The notes: generated from the letters alone by a model not told the origin. Numbered from the stretch's first letter, positions 10,826 through 22,185 are shown. The stretch: DNA of 47,174 bases from an uncultured Candidatus Saccharibacteria bacterium (GCA_964522475.1 CAZFVK010000001.1:5168-52341), one strand, 5' to 3'. Numbers and translations: made by a program.

Positions 10826-11868
10826 AGAAGGTTCTATATGTAGTAGAAGATACTGAGTCGGCGCAATTTCGGTATCGGGTAAAGAATATAGCGGAGGCCT
10901 TGAAAAGTTCGTTCGGGTGGAAGGTGAGTTGGGTGCTAAAATCTGAAATTGAAAAAGTGGAACTTTCTCAGGTGGATTTGGTGGTAATACTTAGGCAAAC
11001 TGCTAAGGATAAAAAAATACTGGATTTTATTGATTTGGTACACAGGAATAGGTTGAAAGTATTATTTGATCTTGACGATTTGATTTTTGATTACAGGGAT
11101 TTGCCGATTTTGATGAAGGCTACTAATAGTAGAAATGCAGTTTATTGGATGGGGTATATATGGGGGATTAGAAGAATTGCTAAGAGAGTGGATGGGTTTA
11201 TTACGACGAATGGTTTTTTGGCAAAAAAGCTAAAGAGAAGCTTCAAGAAGAAATGCGCGGTGATTCATAATTCTTTAAACAAGGAGCAGGTAGAGATTTC
11301 TGAGAAATGTTTGAGAGAAAAAACCCATGATGGGTTTGTGATTGGGTATTTTTCTGGTTCTCCTACACATTCAAAAGATTTAAAAATGATAGAAAACCAA
11401 TTAGCTAGCTTTTTGGATAGTCATAGGGATGTGAGTTTTTTGTTAGTGGGATATATGGAACTTTCGAAAACGATGCAGGAATTATTAAAAACCAAAAGAA
11501 TGAGCCTTATGAAACCGGTAGATTATTTGGAATTATTAAAAAAAGAGGCTGTGGTAGATATAAATATTGCGCCTTTGGTTGTTAATGATTTTACTAATTG
11601 TAAATCGGAATTGAAGTTCTTTGAAGCGGCGGTAGTGGAAACTACAACAATCGCTTCGCCGGTATATACATTTAAAAAAGCAATCCTTGATGGCAAGACG
11701 GGCTTTTTGGCAGAGCCTGGTGAATGGTATGATAAGATGGAATATCTTTACAAAAACCCTTCAGAGAGTCGGAAGATTGCTAAGGCGGCTAGACAATATG
11801 TTTTAGAGAATTATTATGGCGAAAAATTTTTAAAAGAAGTTGAAAAAGCGTATGAGGTTTTAGTGTAA
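10822..11868 (+). CDS. GT4-like glycosyltransferase, paralogous to the N-half of the upstream gene
   Basis: FRYRV, LFDLDDLIF, GYFSGSPTH and KSELKFFEA; GTG start overlaps the upstream stop. Confidence 0.85.
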   Translation: MKKVLYVVEDTESAQFRYRVKNIAEALKSSFGWKVSWVLKSEIEKVELSQVDLVVILRQTAKDKKILDFIDLVHRNRLKVLFDLDDLIFDYRDLPILMKATNSRNAVYWMGYIWGIRRIAKRVDGFITTNGFLAKKLKRSFKKKCAVIHNSLNKEQVEISEKCLREKTHDGFVIGYFSGSPTHSKDLKMIENQLASFLDSHRDVSFLLVGYMELSKTMQELLKTKRMSLMKPVDYLELLKKEAVVDINIAPLVVNDFTNCKSELKFFEAAVVETTTIASPVYTFKKAILDGKTGFLAEPGEWYDKMEYLYKNPSESRKIAKAARQYVLENYYGEKFLKEVEKAYEVLV

Positions 11869-11934
11869 AAAAAGTCTGGTAGTTTACTAGGAAACAAATA
11901 GTTGTTATAATTTAAGGAAGACTTAGGAGGAAAA

Positions 11935-12972
11935 ATGAAAAAATATTTGATTACTGGTGGCGCAGGATTTTATGGGAGTATCTTGAAAGAGGTTCTTCTT
12001 AATGATGGTGATTTTGTAGTGAGCGTGGATTTGGAGCCGGATGAATATGTACACAAAAATTTTGTACCGATTAAAGGCGATATTAGAGACAAGAAATTGC
12101 TTAATAAGCTGAATGAAGAATATAAATTTGATGCGATTTTCCATTGTGCAGCTTTGCTTGCGCATGAGGTGAAAGACAAGAATGAACTATGGACTTCTAA
12201 TGTGGACGGCACAGAGAATATGGCGAAATTTGCTATTAAAAATAAATGTAAAAAATTAATCTTTGTATCGTCTAATTGCTTGTGGGGAAAGAGTTTTGAT
12301 TATCCAGTGACAGAAGAAGAGAAACCAGATCCGGTAGAAATATATGGTAGATCTAAATTGATGGGTGAGGAGATATTGTTTAAATACAAGGATAAGCTTA
12401 ACTCGGTGATTTTTCGGAGTCCGACGATTATTGATGAAGGAAGACTAGGGCTCCTTAGCCTTTTGTTTGAGTTTATCGATGATAATAAGAAAATTCCGAT
12501 TGTAGGAAATGGTGAAAATAGATATCAATTTATTTATGCTAAAGATATGGTACAAGCAATGAAGCAGGCTCTTAAGTATAATAAAACGGCTATTTTTAAT
12601 ATTGGTTCTGAAAACGTAAAGACGTTTAACGAGGTTTATGAATATGTAATTAAAAAATCTGGTTCAAAATCTAGATTGTTCCATTTTCCAAAGGCTCCGA
12701 TGATAGCAGCGATGAAAATTTGTTTTGCTTTGCATATTTCTCCGCTTGGACCGTATCAGTATAAAATGATTTCTTCGAGTTTTATCTTTGATACTTCTAA
12801 GATTAAGAAGGAACTAAAGTTTACCCCTACACTCACAAATGAAGAGATGCTCTATAAAGCCTACATGTACTACCATAGAAATAGAAAAGAGATTGAGAAT
12901 CGGGAAGATGTTTCGGCGCATAAGAAGAATGCCAAAATGGGTGTGATAAAACTGCTAAAATGGATGATGTGA
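11935..12972 (+). CDS. NAD-dependent epimerase/dehydratase (extended SDR)
   Basis: ITGGAGFYG and YGRSK; AGGAGG RBS with TGTTATAAT upstream. Confidence 0.87.
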   Translation: MKKYLITGGAGFYGSILKEVLLNDGDFVVSVDLEPDEYVHKNFVPIKGDIRDKKLLNKLNEEYKFDAIFHCAALLAHEVKDKNELWTSNVDGTENMAKFAIKNKCKKLIFVSSNCLWGKSFDYPVTEEEKPDPVEIYGRSKLMGEEILFKYKDKLNSVIFRSPTIIDEGRLGLLSLLFEFIDDNKKIPIVGNGENRYQFIYAKDMVQAMKQALKYNKTAIFNIGSENVKTFNEVYEYVIKKSGSKSRLFHFPKAPMIAAMKICFALHISPLGPYQYKMISSSFIFDTSKIKKELKFTPTLTNEEMLYKAYMYYHRNRKEIENREDVSAHKKNAKMGVIKLLKWMM

Positions 12973-13826
12973 TGAGTGATACCAAAAAAGTATCAGTGAT
13001 TGTGCCGAATTACAACTATGCGAGGTATTTAAAGTGGCGGATTTTGTCGATTGTCAAACAGTCATATCCGATTTATGAACTGATTATTTTGGATGACAAT
13101 TCGAAAGACGGTAGCAAGACGGTAATTAAGCAGATGGCAGCGGAGGCAAAACGAATTAATCCGGACATTAAGCTAAAATTGATTTGGAATAAAGAAAATT
13201 CGGGTAAAGCGATTTCGCAGTGGGTGCGTGGTGTGGAGGAGGCAACTGGTGATTATATTTGGATAGCAGAAGCTGATGATATAGCGAGGAAAGATTTTTT
13301 GAAAGAGGTGATGAAGGGGTTTGATGAAGATCCGGAGGTGGTACTGGCTTATTCGGAATCGGCAATTATTAATAAACAAGGAATTCCGGTGATGCCAAAT
13401 TTTCGAAGGTCGCGCGACAAGGAGGGGACGGGACATTTCTCTTCTTCTTATATTCGTCAGGGTAAGCAAGAGATTGAAGAAATTATGGCAATTAGATGTA
13501 CGATACCAAATGTGTCGGCGGTAGTGTTTAAAAATACGCCGGAATTTTTGAAATATTTGAAGCAAGCAGAGGAGCTGGAACAAGTGGGGGACTGGTATCT
13601 GTATGCTCGATTGCTGGAGAAAGGGAAGATTTTTTATAACAAGAAATCTCTGAATTTCTTTAGGATACATAAGGGTAGTGCGACTAAACGGGGCGAAGCA
13701 CATGTGAGGGAAGTAATGGGAATGCACCGATATTTTAAAAAACACTATGATTTGGATGTAAATGTGGTGCAGTGGATGGATGCGGAACTTGAGAGAACCA
13801 AGCGTAAATATGGTATAATTAAGTAA
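12972..13826 (+). CDS. GT2 glycosyltransferase, paralog of the N-half of 3289-5391 (start moved from 12960)
   Basis: [32 protein letters not shown] and [10 protein letters not shown]; TGATG stop/start overlap at 12970-12974. Confidence 0.85.
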   Translation: MSDTKKVSVIVPNYNYARYLKWRILSIVKQSYPIYELIILDDNSKDGSKTVIKQMAAEAKRINPDIKLKLIWNKENSGKAISQWVRGVEEATGDYIWIAEADDIARKDFLKEVMKGFDEDPEVVLAYSESAIINKQGIPVMPNFRRSRDKEGTGHFSSSYIRQGKQEIEEIMAIRCTIPNVSAVVFKNTPEFLKYLKQAEELEQVGDWYLYARLLEKGKIFYNKKSLNFFRIHKGSATKRGEAHVREVMGMHRYFKKHYDLDVNVVQWMDAELERTKRKYGIIK

Positions 13827-13843
13827 ATAATTGGAGTTATTTA

Positions 13844-14728
13844 ATGAAAGGTATTATTCTAGCTGGGGGGTCTGGGACGAGGCTTTATCCGTTGACGCTT
13901 GGTACATCTAAACAGATGCTGCCGGTATATGATAAGCCGATGATTTACTATCCTTTGACGACGTTAATGATTGCGGGAATTCGGGATATTTTGATTATTT
14001 CTACACCGGATGATTTGCCAAATTTTGAAAGACTTTTAGGTGATGGTTCGGCTATGGGGATTAATCTTTCTTACAAGGTACAGCCTTCGCCGGATGGATT
14101 GGCACAGGCTTTTCTTTTAGGTGAAGAATTTATTGGGGGAGAACCTTGTGCAATGATTCTCGGAGATAATATATTCTATGGGTCTGGTTTTACGGCGACG
14201 CTTGAGGCAGCAGTTCGCAATGCTGAAGAGGGACGGGCAACGGTGTTTGGTTACTACGTAAACGATCCGGAAAGATTTGGCGTGGTAGAGTTTGATGAGA
14301 ATTGGCATGCGGTGTCGATTGAAGAAAAACCGGTGGAGCCTAAGAGTAATTACGCGGTAACTGGTTTGTATTTTTATCCTGGCGATGTGTCGGAGCGGGC
14401 TAGTACGGTAGTTCCATCCGATAGAGGAGAGCTCGAAATTACTTCGCTTAATGAAATGTATCTTAATGATGGACTTCTTGACGTACAACTTTTGTCGCGG
14501 GGGTTTGCCTGGCTTGACACTGGTACAGTGGATTCTCTTGCGGATGCTTCAGATTTTGTGAGAGTAGTACAAAAGAGACAGGGGGTACAGATTGCGGCGC
14601 CGGAGGAAGTGGCGTTTAAACATGGTTGGATTTCTGAGGAAAAATTGCTCGAGGCGGCAAACAAATACAAAAAGACTGCGTATGGGCAACATTTAGCAAG
14701 AGTAGCGGAAAGGAAAATGTACGATTAA
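13844..14728 (+). CDS. rmlA: Glucose-1-phosphate thymidylyltransferase
   Basis: [33 protein letters not shown] and RGELEIT. Confidence 0.97.
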   Translation: MKGIILAGGSGTRLYPLTLGTSKQMLPVYDKPMIYYPLTTLMIAGIRDILIISTPDDLPNFERLLGDGSAMGINLSYKVQPSPDGLAQAFLLGEEFIGGEPCAMILGDNIFYGSGFTATLEAAVRNAEEGRATVFGYYVNDPERFGVVEFDENWHAVSIEEKPVEPKSNYAVTGLYFYPGDVSERASTVVPSDRGELEITSLNEMYLNDGLLDVQLLSRGFAWLDTGTVDSLADASDFVRVVQKRQGVQIAAPEEVAFKHGWISEEKLLEAANKYKKTAYGQHLARVAERKMYD

Positions 14729-15282
14729 TGGGGAAGTTTAAGTTTGAAATGACGGATATTGAGGGGGTATATGTAGTTGAGCCGGCTGTTTACGGTGATG
14801 AGCGAGGATATTTCATGGAGACTTATTCGGCGGAAGAATTTAAAGAAGCCGGGCTTGACTATAATTTCGTACAGGATAATCAATCTTCTTCTAGAAAAGG
14901 GGTTCTTAGAGGTCTTCATTTTCAAAAAGAGCATCCGCAGGCTAAATTAGTGCGCGTGATTTCTGGCGAAGTATTTGATGTGGCGGTGGATCTTAGAGAA
15001 GGTTCTGATACTTATGGTAAGTGGGTGGGGGTACTTCTTTCGGCTGAGAACAAAAAACAGTTAATGATACCGCGTGGGTTTGCACATGGATTTTTGGTGG
15101 TTTCGGATACGGCTGAATTTGTATATAAATGTGATGATACTTATCATCCTGAGGATGAAGGTGGGGTAATGTATGATTCTTGTGGAATTGATTGGCCGAA
15201 GATTGACGGCGAGGTGATTTTATCAGAAAAGGATATGAAACATCCTATGCTTTCTGATCTTGATTTTAAGTTTAATTTATAA
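14728..15282 (+). CDS. rmlC: dTDP-4-dehydrorhamnose 3,5-epimerase
   Basis: DERGYFME, QDNQSSS, GVLRGLHFQ and GFAHGF. Confidence 0.97.
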   Translation: MGKFKFEMTDIEGVYVVEPAVYGDERGYFMETYSAEEFKEAGLDYNFVQDNQSSSRKGVLRGLHFQKEHPQAKLVRVISGEVFDVAVDLREGSDTYGKWVGVLLSAENKKQLMIPRGFAHGFLVVSDTAEFVYKCDDTYHPEDEGGVMYDSCGIDWPKIDGEVILSEKDMKHPMLSDLDFKFNL

Positions 15283-15295
15283 AAAAGGAGGTCTC

Positions 15296-16333
15296 GTGGA
15301 TGGCAAAAAAACAATTATTGTAACGGGTGGAGCAGGTTTTATTGGCTCCAATTTTGTATATTATATGTTAAAGAAATATCCTTTCTATCGGATTGTATGT
15401 TTAGATGCTTTGACTTATGCTGGAAATCTATCTACACTTGAAAAAGCGATGAAGGATCATCAGGATAACTTTAGGTTTGTAAAAGGTGATATTCGGGATG
15501 CGGAACTGGTGGAGAATTTATTTGTAGAGGAAAGGCCAGATATTGTAGTGAACTTTGCGGCGGAATCGCATGTGGATAGATCTATTCTTGATCCGCAGGC
15601 GTTTTTGGAAACTAATATTATGGGGCCGCATGTTCTGATGGATGCCTGCAAAAAACACAATGTAAAGCGTTATCATCAAGTTTCTACGGACGAAGTGTAT
15701 GGTGATTTGCCGCTCGATCGGCCAGACCTATTCTTTACTGAGGGGACTAATCTTCATGCTTCTTCGCCGTATTCAGCGTCGAAGGCTTCGGCCGATTTGG
15801 TAACTTTGGCTTACCATAGAACTTACGGGCTGCCGGTAACGATTTCTAGGTGTTCGAATAACTATGGGCCGTATCATTTCCCAGAAAAATTGATACCTCT
15901 TATGATTATTAACGCTCTTCATGATAAACCTTTGCCCGTTTATGGTGATGGGTTGAATGTGCGGGATTGGCTATATGTGGAAGATCATTGTAAGGCGATT
16001 GATATGATCATTCACGCGGACTGTGTAGGCGAAGTCTTTAACGTAGGCGGGCATAATGAAAAGTCCAATATTGAGATTGTAAAGTTGATTTTGAAGGAGC
16101 TAGGTAAGCCGGAAAGTTTGATTACGTTTGTGGAAGATAGAAAAGGGCATGATCGTCGTTATGCGATTGATCCAGCTAAAATTAAGAGAGAGCTTGGCTG
16201 GGAGCCGGAAACGAAATTTGAAGATGGGATTGTAAGAACTATTCAGTGGTATCTAGACCACAAAGATTGGTGGGAAGAAATTATTTCGGGCGAATATCAA
16301 AATTATTACAATAAAATGTACGGGGAGAAATAG
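15296..16333 (+). CDS. rmlB: dTDP-glucose 4,6-dehydratase (likely GTG start at 15296)
   Basis: TGGAGFIG, AAESHVDRS, STDEVYG, YSASK and NNYGPYHFPEKLIP; AAGGAGG at 15285-15291. Confidence 0.96.
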   Translation: MDGKKTIIVTGGAGFIGSNFVYYMLKKYPFYRIVCLDALTYAGNLSTLEKAMKDHQDNFRFVKGDIRDAELVENLFVEERPDIVVNFAAESHVDRSILDPQAFLETNIMGPHVLMDACKKHNVKRYHQVSTDEVYGDLPLDRPDLFFTEGTNLHASSPYSASKASADLVTLAYHRTYGLPVTISRCSNNYGPYHFPEKLIPLMIINALHDKPLPVYGDGLNVRDWLYVEDHCKAIDMIIHADCVGEVFNVGGHNEKSNIEIVKLILKELGKPESLITFVEDRKGHDRRYAIDPAKIKRELGWEPETKFEDGIVRTIQWYLDHKDWWEEIISGEYQNYYNKMYGEK

Positions 16334-17230
16334 ATGAAAGTTTTAGTAACGGGGACTTCGGGACAACTTGGATACGATGTAATGATGGAGCTTCTAAAGC
16401 GGGGACATGAGGCGATTGGTGCGGACAGGAATGACTCGGAGGCGGAGTTTGAACATGTGATTCTTGATATTACGGATGCTAAAAAAGTTTCCGAAGTTAT
16501 AAATGAGGTAAATCCGGATGCAATTATTCATTGTGCGGCCTGGACGAACGTAGATGGGGCGGAAGACCCGGCAAATAAAGATTTGGTGATGGCAGTAAAT
16601 GTGGAGGGTACAGCAAATTTGGCACAAGCAGCAAAAGATATAGACGCGAAATTTATGTACATTTCGACGGACTATGTGTTTGATGGGCAGGGTGAAAAAC
16701 CCTGGCAGCCGGATGATAAAAATTATGCGCCACTAAATATGTATGGTGAATCTAAATTGAAGGGAGAATTAGAGGTTTCTGAGATCCTAGACAAGTATTT
16801 TATTGTGAGAATTGCTTGGGTGTTTGGTAAGAATGGTAAAAACTTTATTAAGACGATGATAAAAGTAGGGGAGGGGCGCGATACAATAGAAGTGGTATCT
16901 GATCAAATTGGTACGCCAACTTATACGTATGATTTGGCTAGACTTCTGGTTGACATGATTGAGACGGATAAGTATGGATACTATCATGCGACGAATGAAG
17001 GTGGGTATATTTCTTGGGCGGAATTTGCGGAAGAGATTTTTAAGGACGCTGATATGGATGTAAAAGTTGTGCCGGTAACAACTGAAGAATATGAAGCTAA
17101 AGCGGGGAAGACAGTGGCGAAAAGACCGTTTAATTCGCGACTTGATAAAACTAAGCTAGTTGAGGCCGGATTTCAGCCACTTCCTGACTGGCGAGATGCG
17201 GTGAAGAGATATATCTTAGAGCTTGTTTGA
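16334..17230 (+). CDS. rmlD: dTDP-4-dehydrorhamnose reductase
   Basis: GTSGQLG, ISTDYVFDG, YGESK and DQIGTPT. Confidence 0.96.
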   Translation: MKVLVTGTSGQLGYDVMMELLKRGHEAIGADRNDSEAEFEHVILDITDAKKVSEVINEVNPDAIIHCAAWTNVDGAEDPANKDLVMAVNVEGTANLAQAAKDIDAKFMYISTDYVFDGQGEKPWQPDDKNYAPLNMYGESKLKGELEVSEILDKYFIVRIAWVFGKNGKNFIKTMIKVGEGRDTIEVVSDQIGTPTYTYDLARLLVDMIETDKYGYYHATNEGGYISWAEFAEEIFKDADMDVKVVPVTTEEYEAKAGKTVAKRPFNSRLDKTKLVEAGFQPLPDWRDAVKRYILELV

Positions 17231-18022
17231 TTTTTCGCTTTTTTGATAAAATTTGGTGAGTGTTTTTGCAATGAGCTGTGGCCAAAATCGTTTGAAAATT
17301 TGATAATCTTCTTTGGTGCGGATACCTTGGTTTATGATGTCGGTAGTAGTGGATTTTTCGGATATACGATGACCCATAAGAGGTTCGGGAATGTATGTGA
17401 AAGCGCCTTTTTTGGTGCTTAGCTTTTCCCATGCATGCCAATCGCAGTCACATTTGAACTCTGATTTGAAGATATCTTTGGGGCAGTTTTTGATGACAAA
17501 AGTAACAGCTGGACAACAAATAGGATTACCAAATCTAAGGATAGAGCGTTTAAAATAACGAGATTTGAGGGACTTTTTTATGCGAATAGGAGTAAGTAGT
17601 AAACGTTTTATTTTTAATAATGCGTTGGTATAAATATATTTTTTGTTGCGAATCTCAAAATAATCTGTAAAAATAATTGAAGAATTGGGATGCTTTTTGT
17701 AAGTTTCGACTATTTTTTGAGAATAGTTTTTTTCGTAGGTGTCGTCTTGATGGGCTATAGTCACTAATGGGGTGTCTCCGGTATGAATAGCGAAGTCAAA
17801 ATCGCCGCCGATATTAGTATGTTTGCCCTCGATAATTTTAAGGTTGTATGTTTTTGCTAAATTTGCGATATGAGTATTTTTGGTGGTAGTGGCAATGACT
17901 ATTTTGCTATGGTAGGTTTGATCGGTAACGGATTTAATACACTCTTCTAAGAAGGGGCTTTCTTGATAGGCTAAAATTACAAAAGTATGAAGAGAATCCG
18001 AACTAGCTTTTGGATTTGCCAT
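17216..18022 (-). CDS. GT2 glycosyltransferase
   Basis: HTFVILAY, IAHQDD, ICCPAV and CDW motifs. Confidence 0.8.
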   Translation of the reverse strand: MANPKASSDSLHTFVILAYQESPFLEECIKSVTDQTYHSKIVIATTTKNTHIANLAKTYNLKIIEGKHTNIGGDFDFAIHTGDTPLVTIAHQDDTYEKNYSQKIVETYKKHPNSSIIFTDYFEIRNKKYIYTNALLKIKRLLLTPIRIKKSLKSRYFKRSILRFGNPICCPAVTFVIKNCPKDIFKSEFKCDCDWHAWEKLSTKKGAFTYIPEPLMGHRISEKSTTTDIINQGIRTKEDYQIFKRFWPQLIAKTLTKFYQKSEKSNKL

Positions 18023-18350
18023 TTTTACCCTTTTTTAGAATTGATATTTCTTGATTTAGCTTAGTAATTTCGTCTTGCTGTTTGCTGTTTGAAACAGTGA
18101 GAAAGAAACAGATGAGAATGAGTAGAGCGATGATAACCAGAAAGATAAAGTTGGATAGAGTTTCGAATCCGAGCCAGTGAGCGAAAGACTGAAGCGGGTC
18201 GGGGAAGATGGCAATGATAATAAAAATAATAGGGAGTAGTAGCCAGGCGATAGAATTTTTGATAGATAGTCTATTTTTGGCAATACTCGTAATGATAATA
18301 ATAAATAATATAGTTGCAGCTATCGCCATTTCTATTTGTAGAGTGGTCAT
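18003..18350 (-). CDS. DUF2304-like small membrane protein
   Basis: Three TM segments and a coiled tail ITKLNQEISIL; follows a polyprenol-phosphate GT2, the usual pairing. Confidence 0.75.
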   Translation of the reverse strand: MTTLQIEMAIAATILFIIIITSIAKNRLSIKNSIAWLLLPIIFIIIAIFPDPLQSFAHWLGFETLSNFIFLVIIALLILICFFLTVSNSKQQDEITKLNQEISILKKGKNGKSKS

Positions 18351-19051
18351 TTTTTTCTCCTTAATTTAATTACGAAAATTGAAAGTAGTACATTGATGAC
18401 GTAGTAAGCGCTTTTCCAGGAATGAATACTAGATTTACCAGCGGTACGTTCATGCATTTTGACAGGGACTTCCGTGACTTTATAGCCAAACTTGATAAGC
18501 TCATAATCTGAAATTGGTTCGGGATATTCTTTGGGATAATTTTCGGTAAAATATTTAATGACTTTTTTGTTGGCAGCACGAAAACCTGAGGTGGTGTCGT
18601 AAACGCGATTTTTGGAGAAAAGGAAAATAACGTTAGAGATTAGATGGATGCCAATTCTGCGCAAAAAAGATGATTTAAAGTTAGAAGAATTTTTCTTGAT
18701 GAACCTAGAGCCAATAGTAAAATCTGCTTGATTGTCTAGGATTGGCTGGATTAAATCTTTGATGGATTCAATATCATGCTGTCCGTCGGCGTCAAATTGA
18801 ATAGCGATGTCATAATTGTTTTCTAGGGCGTATCGATAACCGGTCTGAACGGCGCCACCGATGCCTAGATTGAAGCAAAGGCTTACAAAATTATAGTTAT
18901 TTTCTGATAGGATTTGTTCGGTTTTATCGGTAGATCCGTCATCTATTACGATATAATCGTAACCAGTTTTGGTTACTAGTTCTATGGTGTCTTTGATTGA
19001 TTTTTCTTCGTTGAAGGCTGGGATTATCAGAATAATTTTGTTTGGTGTCAT
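18347..19051 (-). CDS. GT2 polyprenol-phosphate glycosyltransferase (DPM1-like)
   Basis: IIPAFNEE, DDGSTD, NLGIGGAVQTG, FDADGQH, IGSRF and DTTSGFRA. Confidence 0.88.
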   Translation of the reverse strand: MTPNKIILIIPAFNEEKSIKDTIELVTKTGYDYIVIDDGSTDKTEQILSENNYNFVSLCFNLGIGGAVQTGYRYALENNYDIAIQFDADGQHDIESIKDLIQPILDNQADFTIGSRFIKKNSSNFKSSFLRRIGIHLISNVIFLFSKNRVYDTTSGFRAANKKVIKYFTENYPKEYPEPISDYELIKFGYKVTEVPVKMHERTAGKSSIHSWKSAYYVINVLLSIFVIKLRRKK

Positions 19052-19071
19052 TAGAATAATTATAGCATTTT

Positions 19072-20631
19072 TTAGAGGTGAGTGGTAGCTATTGTAGAGA
19101 TAACATAGACAGTTTCACAGATGATGAAAATATATAGCGGATAATCTTTATTGCTAATAATGGAAGAGTTGTCTTCGATAATGGTTTTTGAGGTAGTGGA
19201 ACGTGAGCCGATTTTTAGGAAACAAATAGGGATTAGTAACATGATAGGAAGGAAATAGCGGCCTTGGACTCCGTCGATGATGGATTCACCGGATTTGGTC
19301 CAGGTGATATACATAGCGGTAAAGATAGCGACAGTGGTGGCAAAAACGGCGAAACAAGATAAAATTTTGAGGAGTTTTTGAATATTGAAAGAAAGACGTG
19401 CTTTGTAACATAGAATAACAAAAACGGTGTAAGAAGCTATGATATATATCATCGTAGGAGTGATATTGAACCATTCGAGGTAACCGCCAAAAGCTCCGGA
19501 AATATATAGTACTACATTTCGAGAGATACTGTAGATAATGGTGGCAGGTAAAAGAAGAGGGTTGTGAATGATATTGGAAAGCTGGGCTGGGCCGTCGTTG
19601 GTGATAGTGGTTGGAGAGGCAAAATGCCAAATTAGATATACCATCATAACGAGTGAACCGAGTCCGATGGCCCAAAAAACTTTTTGTTTTTTTGTGCCAA
19701 AGCGTTCTTTAGGAATAGCGAAAAGGAGTACCAAAAGTGGAGCATATACGATTTTTCCAATAGTGATGAAAATACATAGAGCTAGTAAGATGAAGAAATG
19801 TTTTTTAGTAAAGGGAGTTTTGCGGGTGTAGATAGAATGTAAGACAAAAGTAACAAGTGCAATGGCGGAAACAAAAATTGGGGCATCAGCGGAAAGAGAA
19901 CTCATAGCTTGCATCGAGATGGGAAGAAATACGATGAAGAAGATGATTTTTTTGAGAAATGGGATGTATTTGATACAGAAAAAGAGGATACCAATACAAA
20001 AAATTAGGTTGGCGATTTTGGCTAAATAGGCAGATACTAGAAAAGGGGCATGGAAGATTTTGCCAATACCCATGCCGATGGTTTGAGGGAGGTAGCTAAT
20101 GAAACTATAGCCATAGGCAGAGGTAGTTATGAAGGCGGTTTCTTCTCCGGTGGTAGTACCAAGTGATTCGATGATCTTGGCATAGGTAACGTTGCGATTG
20201 GCATATTCATCGACAATACCGATTTCGACGGGCTCGTTGCTACCTGGCATTGCTCCGTCTGTAGGAGTTTCGGAAACGAAGTGTCCTTCAGTGATTTCAT
20301 AGATACGGAAAAAGTGAGAAGCTTCATCTGGCGTGCGGCCTATGGGGACAGCGAAGACATAGATAACACCAACGATACTAGCTAGAATCAAGAATAGTTT
20401 TTCGATTTTCCAACTATGTCGATTAGCAAAGTAAACAGTTGCGGTAAGAGCAATTTCTAATAAAATACTAACGATGACAAAAAGAATAAAAGTTTTGCCA
20501 AAGGTGAGATTGTGAGCTTTGAATCCGATACAAAGTAAGACGAGATTAAAAATGGAAAGGCAGAATAACAAAATAAGGGATTTGTAATTTTGTTTGAAGA
20601 ATTTTTTTGATTTAGCTCCAAAGTTTTTCAT
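19072..20631 (-). CDS. DUF2142-like multi-TM putative GT-C glycosyltransferase (likely start 20631)
   Basis: PDEASHF, SLSAD and GVQGRYFLP motifs; more than 10 TM segments. Confidence 0.72.
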   Translation of the reverse strand: MKNFGAKSKKFFKQNYKSLILLFCLSIFNLVLLCIGFKAHNLTFGKTFILFVIVSILLEIALTATVYFANRHSWKIEKLFLILASIVGVIYVFAVPIGRTPDEASHFFRIYEITEGHFVSETPTDGAMPGSNEPVEIGIVDEYANRNVTYAKIIESLGTTTGEETAFITTSAYGYSFISYLPQTIGMGIGKIFHAPFLVSAYLAKIANLIFCIGILFFCIKYIPFLKKIIFFIVFLPISMQAMSSLSADAPIFVSAIALVTFVLHSIYTRKTPFTKKHFFILLALCIFITIGKIVYAPLLVLLFAIPKERFGTKKQKVFWAIGLGSLVMMVYLIWHFASPTTITNDGPAQLSNIIHNPLLLPATIIYSISRNVVLYISGAFGGYLEWFNITPTMIYIIASYTVFVILCYKARLSFNIQKLLKILSCFAVFATTVAIFTAMYITWTKSGESIIDGVQGRYFLPIMLLIPICFLKIGSRSTTSKTIIEDNSSIISNKDYPLYIFIICETVYVISTIATTHL

Positions 20632-21358
20632 AGGCCTCCGCGACTTTTTTGGGCTCGCCGTCCAGGATAACTTTACCATTCTCGATTAATATTGCTCGAG
20701 TACAATACTTTGTGACATTGTTCATGTCATGGGTGACAAGAATGACGGTTTGTTGCCCTTTGACGGCGGCAAAATACTCATTACATTTTTTTTGAAATTC
20801 GGCATCGCCGACGGCTAAAACTTCATCCAACAAAAGAATATCGCCTTTGGCACGAATAGCGATGGAAAAGGCGAGGCGAACTTGCATGCCTGAAGAGAAG
20901 TTTTTGAGTTTTTGGTCCATAAATTGGCGGAGTTCGGCGAAGTCGACAATTTCGTCGTACATAGCATCCATTTCTTTGTTGGAAAAACCAAGTAACGCGC
21001 CGTTTAGGTAGACGTTTTCGCGACCGGATAATTCTGGATTGAAACCGACACCGAGTTCGATAAATGGGATAAGCGTGCCATTTATTTCTAATTTGCCTTT
21101 TTCTGGAAAATAAATTTTGGCAAGAGTTTTTAGAAGGGTGGATTTGCCAGAACCATTGCGACCAACAATGCCAATGAATTCATTCTTATGAATATCAAAT
21201 GTGATATCATTTAAAACTTTTTGTTCCGTATAACCCTTGATGCCTCTTAAGCGGTTAAAAATGGCTTGTTTGAGACCACCAGCGCGTTCGGTAGGAAGTT
21301 TGAAGCTTTTATGGAGGTGCTTGATTGAAATAACTACTGGCTCGTTTTTTGTTTCCAT
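20612..21358 (-). CDS. wzt: Polysaccharide ABC exporter, ATP-binding subunit
   Basis: GRNGSGKST, ELGVGFNPELSGREN, FSSGMQVRLAF and LLLDEVLAVGD. Confidence 0.92.
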   Translation of the reverse strand: METKNEPVVISIKHLHKSFKLPTERAGGLKQAIFNRLRGIKGYTEQKVLNDITFDIHKNEFIGIVGRNGSGKSTLLKTLAKIYFPEKGKLEINGTLIPFIELGVGFNPELSGRENVYLNGALLGFSNKEMDAMYDEIVDFAELRQFMDQKLKNFSSGMQVRLAFSIAIRAKGDILLLDEVLAVGDAEFQKKCNEYFAAVKGQQTVILVTHDMNNVTKYCTRAILIENGKVILDGEPKKVAEAYEKLWS

Positions 21359-22170
21359 TAGATTTCCTCCGCGAATTTTTTAGATTTTTTTCGGAAATAC
21401 CAGGAACCCCATATTAATACAATGACGACTATTAAAATAGGAATAATTTTTAAGAAGGGATTGTCGACATAGCTCCAGGTGGTAACTGTTTGATCAGTGA
21501 TAAGACAGTAGCGGATATCTTGAACGATTTGAGCAATGGGATTCAAAAGGATGACTTTGGCAGCAATAGTGGAGGTAGAAGCTACCATGGTGATAGGATA
21601 GATGATCGGTACAGCATAAAAGAGAGCTTGAGTGAGGACGTCCCAAATAGAGGTGATGTCGCGATATTTGACATTGATAGCGCCAAGTAGGAAAGAAATA
21701 CCAAGAGCGAGAGCGTATAACTCTATAACTAAAATTGGTACGAGAACCCAAGTCCAACTAGGGGAGACTCCGTTAATTAAAGCAAAAATAATAACCACGG
21801 CTAAATTAATGAACAAATTGATAATAGCGGTGAGTGTAGCGGAAACTACAACAATATATTTAGGAAAACAGATTTTACGAATAAGGTCTCCGCGCATAAT
21901 AATGGCTTGAATCCCTTGGTTGGTACATTCAGTAAAGAAACTCCAGAGCGTAGTGCCGGCGAGTAGGTAAACTGGGTAGTGAGGAATGTCGCCACCGAAA
22001 CGAAGGAGTTTGGCAAATACTATATATAATATGGCAAACATCATGAGGGGTCTTAAAAGCGCCCATAAGTAACCCAGAACAGAGCCTTGATAACGAAGCT
22101 TGAAGTCGGTTTTGGTGAGTTCAATAAGAAGCACACGATTATTTTTGTACAGAAAATTTGGAATGGCCAT
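21358..22170 (-). CDS. wzm: Polysaccharide ABC exporter, permease
   Basis: DFKLRYQGSVLGYLWALLRP, YRDI, PIIYP and LNP; six TM segments. Confidence 0.92.
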   Translation of the reverse strand: MAIPNFLYKNNRVLLIELTKTDFKLRYQGSVLGYLWALLRPLMMFAILYIVFAKLLRFGGDIPHYPVYLLAGTTLWSFFTECTNQGIQAIIMRGDLIRKICFPKYIVVVSATLTAIINLFINLAVVIIFALINGVSPSWTWVLVPILVIELYALALGISFLLGAINVKYRDITSIWDVLTQALFYAVPIIYPITMVASTSTIAAKVILLNPIAQIVQDIRYCLITDQTVTTWSYVDNPFLKIIPILIVVIVLIWGSWYFRKKSKKFAEEI

Positions 22171-22185
22171 ACTAGTATAATTATA